The notes beneath the pieces were generated by a model, which was given only the letters and a program-made list of their open reading frames with translations, searched no databases and had not been told where the DNA came from. A stretch of DNA of 64,000 nucleotides from Eledone cirrhosa (lineage: Eukaryota). The stretch is taken from NCBI GenBank assembly GCA_964016885.1, contig OZ024745.1, positions 18,910,001-18,974,000 of the forward strand, written 5' to 3'. The position numbers and the translations under genes were made by a program. This document shows positions 40,200-54,134 of the stretch, piece by piece (position 1 is the stretch's first letter; the number at the start of each line of letters is the position of its first letter).

Positions 40200-42914
40200 G
40201 GGTGTGTATGATTGTGTATAGAAGATTATATTAATAAAAGGAATTCCAACTGATTTACTCGTTTTATTTACAATCCTTTAAAATTTATAATGGTATTAGA
40301 ATGAAATAGTATGGTAGAATATTAAATGTTAAGTGTTAATTGAACAAGTACTTTCATGCTTTCGCAATCTTCAGGTTCATATTCTGTGGTGACAGTCAAG
40401 TTTGCAATTTTCAACTGTAATGAGATGGGTAAATTTTGTGCCTTATATACAGAGAAAAGCGGCTACAGAATGCTAAATCTTGCAAACTGTATTTCGACCA
40501 ATCGGTGTGTAGTTTCACTGGATTACTAAAGCTGATTGGTTTAGGCGTCACGGTTGGTTTAGCATGTCTAACGACTACTAATTGACCCTATCCAAAGCAT
40601 CAATTGTTTTGCTATTTTTAGAAATGATGAAAATAGCATTTTCTAGTAATCATCATCATCAACATCACTTTTATAATTATTATTGCTAGATGGTTACTCA
40701 GGGGTATCTGACGGACATTTGGGTCTCTGATTTGCTGTCGGTGTACCCGTGCACGTTCCGATAGTGTATTTCCAGTTTGACCGACATATAGTTCTTCACA
40801 ATTCGGGCATTTGATGCAGTAAATTAGATTTCTGCTTTTGCAGTATATATTTGCATTTGGGAATATTTTTCCAGTTTTTGTTTTCATATATTGACCGGCG
40901 TGTATGGATTGACATGTGCCACATCGACTATCATTGCATTGAGATACAGTGAATGATTGGTCTTTGTTGTTAAGAGTCAAAGATCGATCTATGATTAAGC
41001 CTTTTAATTCATTACTTTGTGCAATGATCGGTTGGTTTGCTTTGGCAGTGTTGAAGATATTCTGGTGACATTGGTTGTGTGTCATTATAAATGGTATGAC
41101 CAGTTCTTGGTTTCTTCTTCCTTGGGTTGTCCTAAGTTGTTGTATAGGTATTTTTATAGCCCGCTGTATGCCATTTTCTATAAGTAGAGATGGGTATTTT
41201 TGTTTGAGCAAAAATTCTCTTAGTTCTGTTAGGCGGTTGTTCCTGGTATTCGTATCTTCTACAATGGTACAAATTCTTCTGGCTAGGCAGTATGGGATGT
41301 TGCGTTTTGTATGAGGTGGATGGCACGACTTAAAATTCAGATATTGATGGGTGTCTGTGTGTTTATAATATATATCCGTGGTAATGGTGGTGTCGTTTTT
41401 GATTATCATTATATCTAGGAATGGTAATTTGGTACTACTCATCTCTTTTGTGAATTGGAGAGATGGGTGTAGGTTATTCAGGAGGATATTGAACTCATCC
41501 AGAGTATCTAGAGATTCTGTCCAGATGATAAAACAGTCGTCAAGGTATCGCTTCCAAGATTTTTCAATGTACTTTCTAAAGTCAGTACTATATTTTTCCT
41601 CTATTTCTTGGTAGAGTTGTTGTTCTAAGTATCCCATTACAGAGTTACTAAACGGGACCAAACTTCGTTCCCATCGCTGTGCCTCTAATTTGGATGTAAT
41701 TCTTTCCATTGAAGAAGAAAGTGTTGTTTTCCAGAATAAGTTTAACTGCATCTAATATAAATGGCGCTGTGAATCTGATGGGAATCACTTCTCTATGTTT
41801 TTCCACGCAGTATTTAACCGCCTTTATTCCTAAATCATGTGTAATGTTGGTGTAAAGACTTACCATATCAAAATTAAGTAGAAGTGAATTCGTTTCCGTG
41901 GTTTTGGGAAGATGGGACAGGAAGTCGATATCATCCCAGATGAAACTGGGTATGTGAATACATAGTGGTTTCAAAATAATGTCAACAAAATTGCTTAGAC
42001 GGTGGGTAAGGCATGTTGGACCAGCTATAATAGGTCTAAGTTTTAAGTCTTTTGGGTGTAGTAATTTAATGTACTCACTGTTTTGTTCTTTTACTGCCAG
42101 TTGTATTTCTTTTGACTTATGAACTTTCGGTAGGCCATACAGGTTGCTGGGTTTTGACTCAAAATTGGTGATGTAGTCTCTTTCCTTATCAGTAAGTGAG
42201 TTGTGGTATTTTGAAGCCAGGTTGTTGATCTTCTTCATGATGTTGTGGTCTATATTTGACGGTATTTCATGATAGAATGTTGTGTCTTTCAGTTGTTCCT
42301 CAACCAAATCCTTGTAGTATTCAGTATCCATTATAACAACTGCACCCCCTTTATCTGCTTGTTTAATTATTATTGTTTTATTATTTTGTATACGCAGACA
42401 TTTCTGATTTGTTAATGTTTGGCCTAACATTAGTATTACGTCTAAGAGGAAATTTAGACAGGATGTCAATGTATTGGTCGAGATAGATATTTCTTCCTTT
42501 TGGCGGAATGAATTTTGATTTATTCTTTACTAGTGATTCATCACTCTCATTACTTTTATCAGCGAAGAATTCTACAAGACGTAATTTTCAACAGAATTCT
42601 TGGGTATCCTCCTTCAGTTCTTGGTGGTTGACTGTTGGAGACGGTGTGAATTTCAGTCCTTTTGACAGAATTTGCATTTCATCATTGTCAAGATCTCTTT
42701 TGGATAAATTAATTATTTTAGGATCTACGTGTACAGTTGTTTATATATATCCGCAACCGGTAAAAACTTAAAACTAAAACTGAATACTAACCAATACTTA
42801 TTACTAATTTTTACTTATTCCTAATTAAACTATTTTTCACTGGGAAAAAATTGTCAGCATTTTCTTTTCCTTTTACTAATATATCACAACTCGTGTGTTA
42901 CACCTCTATTCTTT

Positions 42915-42915
<1 letters not shown>
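40200..42915 (-). mobile_element. Near full-length decayed Neptune-type PLE (frameshifts and stops)
   Basis: LSKGLKFTP near the N-terminus (~42670), ADKGGAVV, YGLPKVHK, LRPII, GTAMGT, KRYLDD, CNDSRCGTC, LIYCIKC...YVGQTG...ERARVH; HHR at 40341-40379; (TA)n flanks. Confidence 0.9.
40341..40379 (-). ncRNA. Minimal hammerhead of Neptune-type PLE
   Basis: Reverse complement: TGAAC-CTGAAGA-tTGC-GAAA-GCAt-GAAAG-TA-CTT-GTTCA. Confidence 0.8.
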
Positions 42916-42991
<76 letters not shown>

Positions 42992-43927
42992 CATAGATAA
43001 CTGTGTTTGCATGCGTGTGTATATATATGGGAGGAGTGTTTGTGGGTTTATGTGTTAAACATACACTGGATTAAATATTCATTTACAATATGTCAATGTA
43101 ATTGTTATTAATGGTGACTGTTTATTTCGAAGTTCCCCAACGTTATTGACTGAATAAAACATTATAAATGAAATACAACTGACGTTATATATAACCTGAA
43201 TCGAGAGTATGGGATGAGGTTCCTTTTTTCTTTTACTATTTTGATAAGAAAATAACATATACGAAACTTTGAAGTAAGCAATCACCTTTATACAATGTAT
43301 ATATATCAGCATTTTTTTATCTTTTTACTAACTGACGTCCTTATCTGTCTAATATTAGCTGTATTAATTTTTTTTATGACCATAATTAATTTGTGGGGTA
43401 TATGTCTTTATTGGATGAGCTGATGATCGTTACGTCGCTAATGATGAATTTGTTCAATTTTTGCCACCTCACTATCGTATTCCGTAGAGATATACTCTAT
43501 AACTGTTTAACCCAAGTTAGCATTGAGTAGAAGAGAGAGAGGTATGATGTTGCTGTAGTACATACATTGTGTGAGGAAACTTGTGGTATTGCCATTTTGT
43601 CATCCTATTAATATAAATGTGTGTGTGTGTGTGTTTGTGTGTGTCTGTGTGTGTGTGTCTGTGTGTGTCTGTCTGTGTGTGTCTGTGTCTGTGTGTGCCT
43701 TTGTGTGCGTGTGTGTATATGTGTGTGTGTATGTGTATGTGTGTGTGTGCCTGTGTGTGTATATATGTGTGTGTGTGTCTGTGTGTGTGTATGTGTGTGT
43801 CTGTGTATGGGTGTGTGTGTGTGTATGTGTGTGTGTATATGTGTGTGTGCGTGTGTGTCTGTGTCTGTGTGCCTGTGTGTGTGTGTATTTGTGTGTGTGT
43901 GTGTGTCTGTATGTGTGTGTGTGTGTG

Positions 43928-44170
43928 TACAGTTCTGAGTCCTGGACGTTGAATGCTGTCCGCTGCAAGAGACCCAATGGTACATACACTAGAATGTTAA
44001 GCTCAAAATACAACATCTCCTTGAAACGTCATCCATCAAATATGTATGGATCCATACCTCACATCTCTGAGGCGTCGTCGTCTGCCCATTGCCAGATGAA
44101 TCTGCTGGAAGATTGCTCCTCTGAATTCCGGATGCAAAGAGACGAGTTGGCTGCTCGTATTTCACCTTGA
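43928..44170 (+). mobile_element. Decayed RTE fragment (related copy at 46345-46520)
   Basis: YSSESWTL...NGTYTRML...YGSIPHIS. Confidence 0.6.
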
Positions 44171-45380
44171 GATCAATCATCGAGATAGACATAGGCTTCA
44201 AAAGAACGGATTTACGTGCTACAATGACAGAGGTGTCTGGAGCTCTAATCTTGTCAATGCCTCAGCACCAGTAAAGGCATCAGATGACTCAAGAAAGAAG
44301 AAAAAAAAACACGTATCTGTGGAATGTTCAGCGACTTGTACATTAATTTCATGGGCAGGCTCTTTTGTTGGAACACTCATCATCCAACCCGACGGAGATC
44401 CATGATTCCACCATATATATTTCATAGGATCATATTACCCTGATGAACCTTCGTATTATTATAACATACAAATTCATTCAAGATAGTGAAGTTCCTTTCC
44501 TGCTTTTGTGAATGACAGATTTTATTAATCTAAGCCAAAATATTTTCACCCAACAACTCTAGATATAACAGTAAGCCATAAATATTTCAGCCTACTTTTA
44601 TTATAGTGTGTACAGCGCGTGACCCAGGGGTTAGGGGACTGGGTCGTGATTCGATTCCAGGACCGGGTGATGCCTTCTTTTGCTAATCAAAATATTTCAT
44701 TTCACGTTGCTCCAGTCCAATAGGTTGAAACAAAGTGTAGCAGCAATAGCTGGATGTTAACCTTACGCCAGACTAGCTAGGGGAGATTCTTGATGTGTTC
44801 TTAGTCACCTGACGTCGATGAAACCGAGATATATTTCGTCTTGGAGTAGATTTTAACTTGTTACAGTGCTTAACATCGCTTCTATCATCAGAATTTAGTA
44901 TTTCCTCTAGTCAATCGGTCACAATATTTCCTTTAACGCTAAATTAGAAGGTCTGTTTGCTTCAGCGCATATACACAATAACGACATTGTCACTTTTACG
45001 ACGGTTCACTTAACATCCAAAGGACCTTACGTGGATGGAAGATTTGTCATCGAATACAAAGAAAATTCTGACTAATTTAATTAATTCTCAGGTATAGTCT
45101 GATAAAATAGTGTGACATTTCTCACGTCGTGCTAAACGGTTCCACTTTGAAGAAGTTGGCAAATACTTGAATATTAAGCGATAGAACTATCTTGTTGGGG
45201 TAGTAAGGCGGAAAATCGGGTGCAAAATAAGTATTTATTGAAATCTACGAATGAAATATACAGTATACTAATGATTAGGCCGATAGTTCCACAATTACAC
45301 ACACATGCACTCACACATATGCACATATGCACATACACATATACAGTAACTGACTATTATACACATGACAATGAACACAC

Positions 45381-45427
<47 letters not shown>

Positions 45428-48272
45428 CATATATATATACATACATACATACATACATACATACATACATACATACATACATACATACATACATAGAATT
45501 ATATCTGTATGCAGGATTGTGTATACGTGTTTATGCACGTGCATGTATGTGTGCGTGTGTATGTGTATGTGAAGCAGCAGCAGCAGTAGTAGTAGTAGTA
45601 GTAGTAGTGTCTCCCCTATTCAGAACAGTTTACTACAGTAGCCAGCGCCATCTACGATAAGATGTTTCTATGTCAACTAATGCCAGTAGTTCACACCTCT
45701 ATCTAAATACATTCTACTTTATTCTCACTTGATTTACACCCCTTGCACACTTCTGTTTTAATCAAATTTCTCATTGGTTATTTTACCAATATTGGTGACA
45801 AGTTTGTAGTTAATTATATGAAGTATGTTAAACAGTTGGTGTCGTGTTTTTCCTGTTCAAGATCATTGCCCGATAGCATAGTAAAGTGAATTCTAATATA
45901 AATTCAGATCGATCAAAGCTACGTGAAGGAAATTGGATAAACGAGACGTATGAGGATGCCCTCTAATGGACCGTTCCTATTGTTGAGGTTTCGAGTTAAT
46001 CTTACCTTTTTTTGGCCTTTACCAAAATTAATTATTTTACAAAGTTTCGAGTTCAAGTATGCGGGTTGAGGATAACGTTCTCCCTGTTTTTCCATCTGTG
46101 TGGGTTACTCTGTAGAAGGATCATAGGTGGTGCTAACTTTTCTCGTCTTACTAAGCCATTTAGGATGAAATATCCCTTTATATTCCAGTGTATACTGCTC
46201 AATTCCTTTTGAGATTAACTTCCAAATTGTGGCAGTTATTTCATTTATTTATACTGTGTTTAATTCCATTTTCCGTGGCAATGCCTTCACCATTCTGCCC
46301 GTGGAGCACGACCAAGTTACCACTCATACACCAGAACGCTACACTCAACATACATCTAACAAATAAGTCTCTGTATGGATCCCTACCTCACATCTCTGAT
46401 GTTGTGTGACGTCGTCGTCTAGCCATTTACAGTCATGTCACTTGCCATGATGAACCTACTGGAAGATTACCCCGTTGAACTCCGGATGCAAAGAGGTGAG
46501 TTGACCGGTCGTATATCTCCCTTCATCTCTCCCTTTCCTTCCTTGTTTCATTCTCTTTTGTTTTCTTGTTCTTCTTTCTCTTTCCTTTCTATTTTTTTTT
46601 TTTTGCTTCATTTAAATATTGCTGTTGTTGTTGTTCTAACTTTACAATGTTATACAACTAAGTCAAATCTGATACACATACAGTCCAAAAATGTCGTAGA
46701 ATTGCAACCACATTTAAAACTTTATTTTAAATACTTTTTCTTAGAGAAGAAAAAAGGTTAAGATAGATTCTAACAAAAGATATACTTTCTGTTTGGCATT
46801 AAAGCAAGTCATACAAAAGTTTATTGATAAGACAATGATAGCTGCTATACTGTAAATATCATCTTTCGACTGCCACTTTATTTAACAATCAACAGGAGAA
46901 GGCAACATAGAAAACTTAATATATAACATGTTACATTCCCATAATAAATACTAAAAACTGTCACTCTGTTTATATGAAGCTTTGTGAGTAGGAGGATCGG
47001 CTAAAAAGTGCATAAGCTGACTATGAATGAGTTATGCTAGAGCAGTGAAATCGTACATGCATTAGTTTCAACTCTTCTTATTAACTGTATTGTTTCTTCT
47101 CGGAGACTGTGCATGCATTAGTTTCAACTCTTCTTATTAACTGTATTGTTTCTTCTCGGAGACTATGTAAAAAAATAAACCTTATTTGGTTATTCTATGA
47201 GAAGGTCAGCCTATGAAGTTTTCAGCTGACCCTCGTATGTGATAAAAACCGTTTTAAAGAAGCCCGTATAATGCAGGTTAGATATATAGGTGATAAAACG
47301 GGAGTAAAGTAAGATAAAACAAAAGAAAAATTTATACTTTATGAAATTTCGGGGTTAAGATTCTATTTTCAAAGGAAAAGAAAATGAACTCTATTCGGTT
47401 AAATCCATCACAGCTTTCAGATAAATTCTTTCTTGTTTCAGTTAGGGGTACATTGTATCTTTTGAATCAAATGAAAGTGAGAAATATCTTTAAATAGATA
47501 GATGCTAACGTATCGAAACTTTTCAAACAAATTTATTTAGCCAAAAAATAACCATTTATCATAGCCGATCTATATGTGCACACACAAACATATTTACACA
47601 CATACACACACACATACATGCACACACACACACGAACACACAGAGTCACATACACACATATACAGACACACACATACGTATACACACATACAGGCTCGCA
47701 TACACACATACAGGCACACAAACACAGAGAGGCACGCGCACACATACATGCATACACACACGTACACAAACACATACCTAACACATACACACAAATATAC
47801 ACAGATTCACATATATACATGAGTATATATTCTCACAAATTTTTTTTTTTTTTTTAAAGAATGAACCAATATTTCGCCACAATTCACTGAACAACCAGTG
47901 ATCAATCAGAAACGACCACTCGCCCGTTGAGAGTTGAATGATTGCAGTTCTATTTTCCGAGTCAAACCGAAAACTCTGCTACCTTTGTGGACTCAGGCCA
48001 CCAAGTCTGTTAACCCAATTACATTTCATTTCGCTCATAGATCTTCTGTATAAAGTATTTCTCATAACTTGATGATTTTTACTTGATAATTTCATTCCAA
48101 GATAACAAACAAAATACACATTCATACAGACATACAGACTTTCTACATCACTTTCCTATTAACAACGGCTTACTAACTCCTCATATACACACATATGTAT
48201 GTGTGTATATATATGTGTGTGTGGTGTGAATGTGTGTGTATAGGTGTATATATATGTGTGTGTGTATAGGTG

Positions 48273-48396
<124 letters not shown>

Positions 48397-48403
48397 TGTG
48401 TAT

Positions 48404-48441
<38 letters not shown>

Positions 48442-48664
48442 AATATTTATATACATATAGAAATTTATTAGTGTAGATACTTACATTTATATATATATAT
48501 ATATATTTATTAAAATAACAGATTAAAGTTTAAGCAAAGAATCGGCGCTTTCACCCTTAACGGGATCTTCTGAAACTCTATTTGCTCTACGGTTCTTATA
48601 TATTTGATATATATTTATCCTTATCGAGCCCTCTTTGGATTTTAGTCTTCAAATTTATTATTAT

Positions 48665-48718
<54 letters not shown>

Positions 48719-49316
48719 TGTAGATGAGTGTGTGTGTATTCTTTCATAAATCTGTGTAATATGTATCCCTAAAATCACTAAATCAGTGAATCACTAAATA
48801 TGCACTGAAGGAAGGTCTCGTGCACTAGTTATATATTCAAAATAATATTTCTAATTGATAATGACTGTTTACTTCGAAGTTTCAACGGAACTATCGGCTT
48901 CTCAAAACAGTACTAATGAGGGAAGCTATCCTAATAATGAGGCATAGGTAAACTGTATGTTTATTGTGGTATGTATATTTATATGTATAGGAAAATTATG
49001 ATGGTAGTATTTTTTCTTTAAAAGGGTCACAATAAAAATTATATATATATATCATCATCACCATCGCCGTTTAACGTCCATTTTCCACGCTAGCATGGGT
49101 TAGACACGTCAGATGACCATATATTGCTCATACAGAACTGATGTTGGCTTGTTTTCTACGACTGTATGCTCTTCCTAATGCCAACCATATTTACAGTGTG
49201 TTCTGGGTGCTTTATGTTGTGAGTTCTAGGCGACTACAGTGTGGGCGAGGCTTACATATATATATAAAGTATATAAATATATATATTTATATTTATTTAT
49301 TTACTTATTTATATGC

Positions 49317-49395
<79 letters not shown>

Positions 49396-49693
49396 TATAT
49401 ACATATATATACATATAAAGTTATATATATATTTGTTTATATGCATATATATATACATATATATATATATACATATATATATATACATATACATATATAT
49501 ACACACACATATATATATACATATATTTATAACGGCAATGAATTAGTTTTGCGAGGTTTTTGATATGAAATCGTGTGTCGAAACAAATATTGTTATACTT
49601 GGGGAGAGAAGAAGGCAAAAATAAATAAATAAATAAACGGATTAAATAAAGATGGCGTAGACATACAATACAACAGGGGGAAACATAATAGCA

Positions 49694-49733
49694 CAACTGA
49701 CGATGTTGCAGATGTGCAACGAAAGAACTTTGT
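49694..49733 (+). ncRNA. Hammerhead, probably slightly decayed, in pLTR related to the 58-63 kb PLE
   Basis: ACAA-CTGACGA-tGTTGCA-GATG-TGCAAC-GAAAG-AA-CT-TTGT; same GAAAGAACT as 63155; stem I register off by one. Confidence 0.55.
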
Positions 49734-50009
49734 TAGACTATATATATGTGTTTGTGTCTATATTATATCTGTATTTTTTACCGTTGGTCAGTCAATGGTA
49801 ACATTGAGGACCTAATAAATTAAATTAACTGATATAAAAGATACAGAAGCGAAAACCAACCAAACAGTGAGTGTGTTCTGTTATTAATTCTGGCAATATT
49901 ATTACACAAATATGACCCTCCCCAACTATAACAATATATTTATACATATATATATACATTCGCATGCCAACACAAGAGCAAGAATGAAGTTGTCATTCTA
50001 CTGACAAAT

Positions 50010-50845
50010 TTGGATTTTAAAGTTTAAACTTATCTACGGAACAGGTTTGATTTTGAAATTTAAATGTGTCTAAACATCACGGCCATTTGGCAATACAGTT
50101 TGTCTTTGTTGATTTATTATTTTAAATCGATATGGACAGACTGTAATATTATAATTAGTATACTTCATTCTAGCTAACTAAATTTTCTTTTACAATATAA
50201 ATACAGATATGTTGGTATTTGTGTTTCATCATATATATTAATTTATATTTAAATGTTTTACATGGCTCAGAAATATTTCTTTCTTTGAGCTAATTTCATT
50301 GTGAAAGAATTCATTACACTTAATATTATTGCTCCTTAGGTTGAGCTGAAAGTAGCCTCATATATACGGCTGTTATTTCTAGCAGTACGGTTATGAGGCT
50401 AGCTAGAAACTGTGAACCATGTGCGTTACACAGTCTTTTAAAATATTTGGAAGTGAAGCATATCAATTTGTTCTTGGATGTTTACTGAAGAGAGCAGGAC
50501 ATGATATCCTTACACTTTTTTATCTCGAAACATATTTGGATTTTAAAGTTTAAACTTATCTACGGAACAGGTTTGATTTTGAAATTTAAATGTGTCTAAA
50601 CATCACGGCCATTTGGCAATACAGTTTGTCTTTGTTGATTTATTATTTTAAATCGATATGGACAGACTGTAATATTATAATTAGTATACTTCATTCTAGC
50701 TAACTAAATTTTCTTTTACAATATAAATACAGATATTTTGGTATTTGTGTTTCATCATATATATTAATTTATATTTAAATGTTTTACACGGCTCAGAAAT
50801 ATTTCTTTCTTTGAGCTAATTTCATTGTGAAAGAATTCATTACAC

Positions 50846-50851
<6 letters not shown>
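50010..50851. repeat. ~316-bp direct duplication
   Basis: 50010-50325 ~ 50535-50851. Confidence 0.9.
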
Positions 50852-50882
<31 letters not shown>

Positions 50883-50987
50883 CGAAGGAAATGTGGTAAG
50901 GAACCAGGTGGACCATAACGCACCAAAGTAGTCCAGAATTAGCCGTCGAAACGGCTTGAGCTCAGCCGTCGGGGTCCTACTCGTTCC

Positions 50988-51020
<33 letters not shown>

Positions 51021-51052
51021 TTATATATATTTATATATATATTTATACATAC

Positions 51053-51083
<31 letters not shown>

Positions 51084-51135
51084 CACATATATATATATAT
51101 ATACACACATATATATACATATATATAATATATTT

Positions 51136-51228
<93 letters not shown>

Positions 51229-51232
<4 letters not shown>

Positions 51233-51640
51233 GGAGGTGAGTTTTATTGTAGTACAATAAAGCAATGCAGATATCGGATAAGAAGCACTCTACAGTTTGT
51301 AGGACTGGAGTATACATAATATATAAGATCAAAAGATGGTTAAAGGAGTTCCATGTATTTTATTATGCGCATTTCAAAAACAAACATCATCATGCAATAA
51401 TATTTGTGTTTTCATCAGATAAAACAGGAGGACATGATATGAAGGCTAAAAAACACTTGTGGATAGTGCAGTTGATTTAAAACTGTTGATTTAAAACTGC
51501 ACTATCCACAAGTGTTTTTTAGCCTTCATATCATGTCCTCCTGTTTTATCTGATGAAAACACAAATATTATTGCATGATGATGTTTGTTTTTGAAATGCG
51601 CATAATAAAATACATGGAACTCCTTTAACCATCTTTTGAT

Positions 51641-51648
<8 letters not shown>
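51229..51648. mobile_element. Head-to-head inverted pLTR fragment with two hammerheads (51356-51426 -, 51542-51612 +)
   Basis: ~51320-51473 inverted to 51495-51648; TGTTTTAT-CTGATGA-stem II-GAAAT-GCGC-ATA-ATAAAATA; same family as 6389-6642. Confidence 0.85.
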
Positions 51649-51738
<90 letters not shown>

Positions 51739-52175
51739 TGCATATATATAGAGATACATATATCTGGGAACACAAAGCAATGTTCACGGTAGCCTTGTAG
51801 ACCAATTTTTGGTTAGGCATTGTTCTTTGAAGCGTTCTGCAGACTGTTATTAGTGCAATGGTAATTATGAGAGTTGGGAGGTAATGTATTGTTCGAGTGA
51901 ACACTTATAATTTGACACCGTTTGAAGAAGCTACTTTCTGTATAAAATTGAGTACGTAAGTATAATTAGGTCTCTGTTGAACAATTTATTGTATATGTAT
52001 GTTTATCTAGAAGCCTAATGAGTGTTTTTGCTTTCGGCGAAAAAATATATTACACCGAATACCTGTTGCGTTGCTGAGAAAACTCACTGCTAAAATTTCT
52101 CGCTGACATGAACAATAATTGTACACTCTAGATGAATGCGCATCCATCTAACATATGTCTGTGTGTGTGGGGGGT

Positions 52176-52294
<119 letters not shown>

Positions 52295-52605
52295 GTGCAT
52301 AAATAATATATATATATGTATAATATAATATATATATATATATATACACACACATACTTCAACAGCATTCTAATAAATATTACCTGTACAGATAATCAAA
52401 GTTTTTTGGAATGCCCTATATATATATATGCATTAGTCAGTCACTAATTTGTTATTTTGTATCCTACATAAACAAGACGGGTAGAACAGAAGAGACACAA
52501 AATAATAAACAACAGGTTATTAGACTTACTAACTGGACGTTTATAATAAATTGAAGTGGAGACCAACATGACCTTCCCAAAGTATACGAATATATATATA
52601 TATGA

Positions 52606-52742
52606 TCATCATTTCTGAAGACAGCATATATATGTGAAGGTTTGTATATTTCCTCTGATAGTTTGTAATATTTTTACATAGATCTATATGATATACAATA
52701 CCAACACACATATATATCCTAGAAACGATCGTAAAATGATGA
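52606..52742 (+). ncRNA. Type I hammerhead with ~100-nt stem II domain
   Basis: TCATCATTT-CTGAAGA-(ATATATATGTG...CACATATATAT)-GAAAC-GATC-GTA-AAATGATGA; perfect 9-bp stem I. Confidence 0.75.
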
Positions 52743-52851
52743 ATTTTTTTAATATAAGGAACTTGTTCTTTGTTTTTATTCATTGTTTTTATTAATGTAT
52801 ACAGATATAAATATATATTTATATATATATGCATATATAAATATATATTTA

Positions 52852-52918
<67 letters not shown>

Positions 52919-53457
52919 CAGGAAAGAAGGTTTACATGGTTTGCTATACAAAAAAGTTTTTAATCACATAGCTTACATTTGTTTCACTGAACTGGTATGT
53001 CTAGAGATCGCTATCCGCTTAATTTTGCGTTACTCGATCGCCAATACAGAATTATAACCAGTCAGATCTTCGGAGCATGCGAGAATGAAGAAAATACACA
53101 GGCAAGAAAAGAAAAGAAAATACAGGCTACTATATGAAGTAGTAACGGCATTCAATTAGAACAATAACAACAATTACAACAATGCTATCAATAAATTATT
53201 TAAGGAGACCCTGACATTACTTAGGTGGGGGGTATATAATGTATCTAATGTTACGGCGTGAAAACTAGCTGTCATAAGGCAAAATGAAGCGTTGACATGT
53301 ACAAAGTATCGTAGTGTATATCAATTTTAAATTATAAAGATAAGCTAGTTTTTACAGTCTTTCTCTTCATCTTCGACAGTATACATGAGTGGGACCACTG
53401 TCAAAGCTAAATAGTTGTAGAGTTAATACAGAGGTTAACGAATTAATATACGCATAT

Positions 53458-53598
<141 letters not shown>

Positions 53599-54134
53599 TA
53601 CACATGCATGTGTACATAGACACATACATACACATCAATATACACTCGTACAAAAATATACATACATGCAAAGAGAAAGCGTGCTAATTGTAATTATGGC
53701 AAAAAGAAGGTAAAGTAACATTGTAGTAGTGAAATGAGAAAAACTAGGATTTAGGATCAAATGATGGCAGCAGCTGAGAAGGAGTAAGATTGTTGGTAGA
53801 TGAGGTACTTACAGACAATTTTGTGGTATAGACTTGTGAAGGATATAGTATACTTAATGAATATATTTCTGTGGGTAGTAGGTATCCTAATTTAAAGCTA
53901 TGTTATGTTGGTTCGATTCACGGAGGTTTGAATCTTATGAATTTAGTGGCTATTCTATGTCTGCAGAAGATAGATCTTTCTAACTTATTGTTAAGTAGCC
54001 TTTTAACATTTCTAAGGATATACAATAGCTCAAGATCACACAGCCCGCAATCCCTGTACTATAGGTTTTAGCAGCCGACAACTTCGACCAGTTGATACTG
54101 TAGTTAGTGTTGCTGTCCTTCAATTCCCATATTT

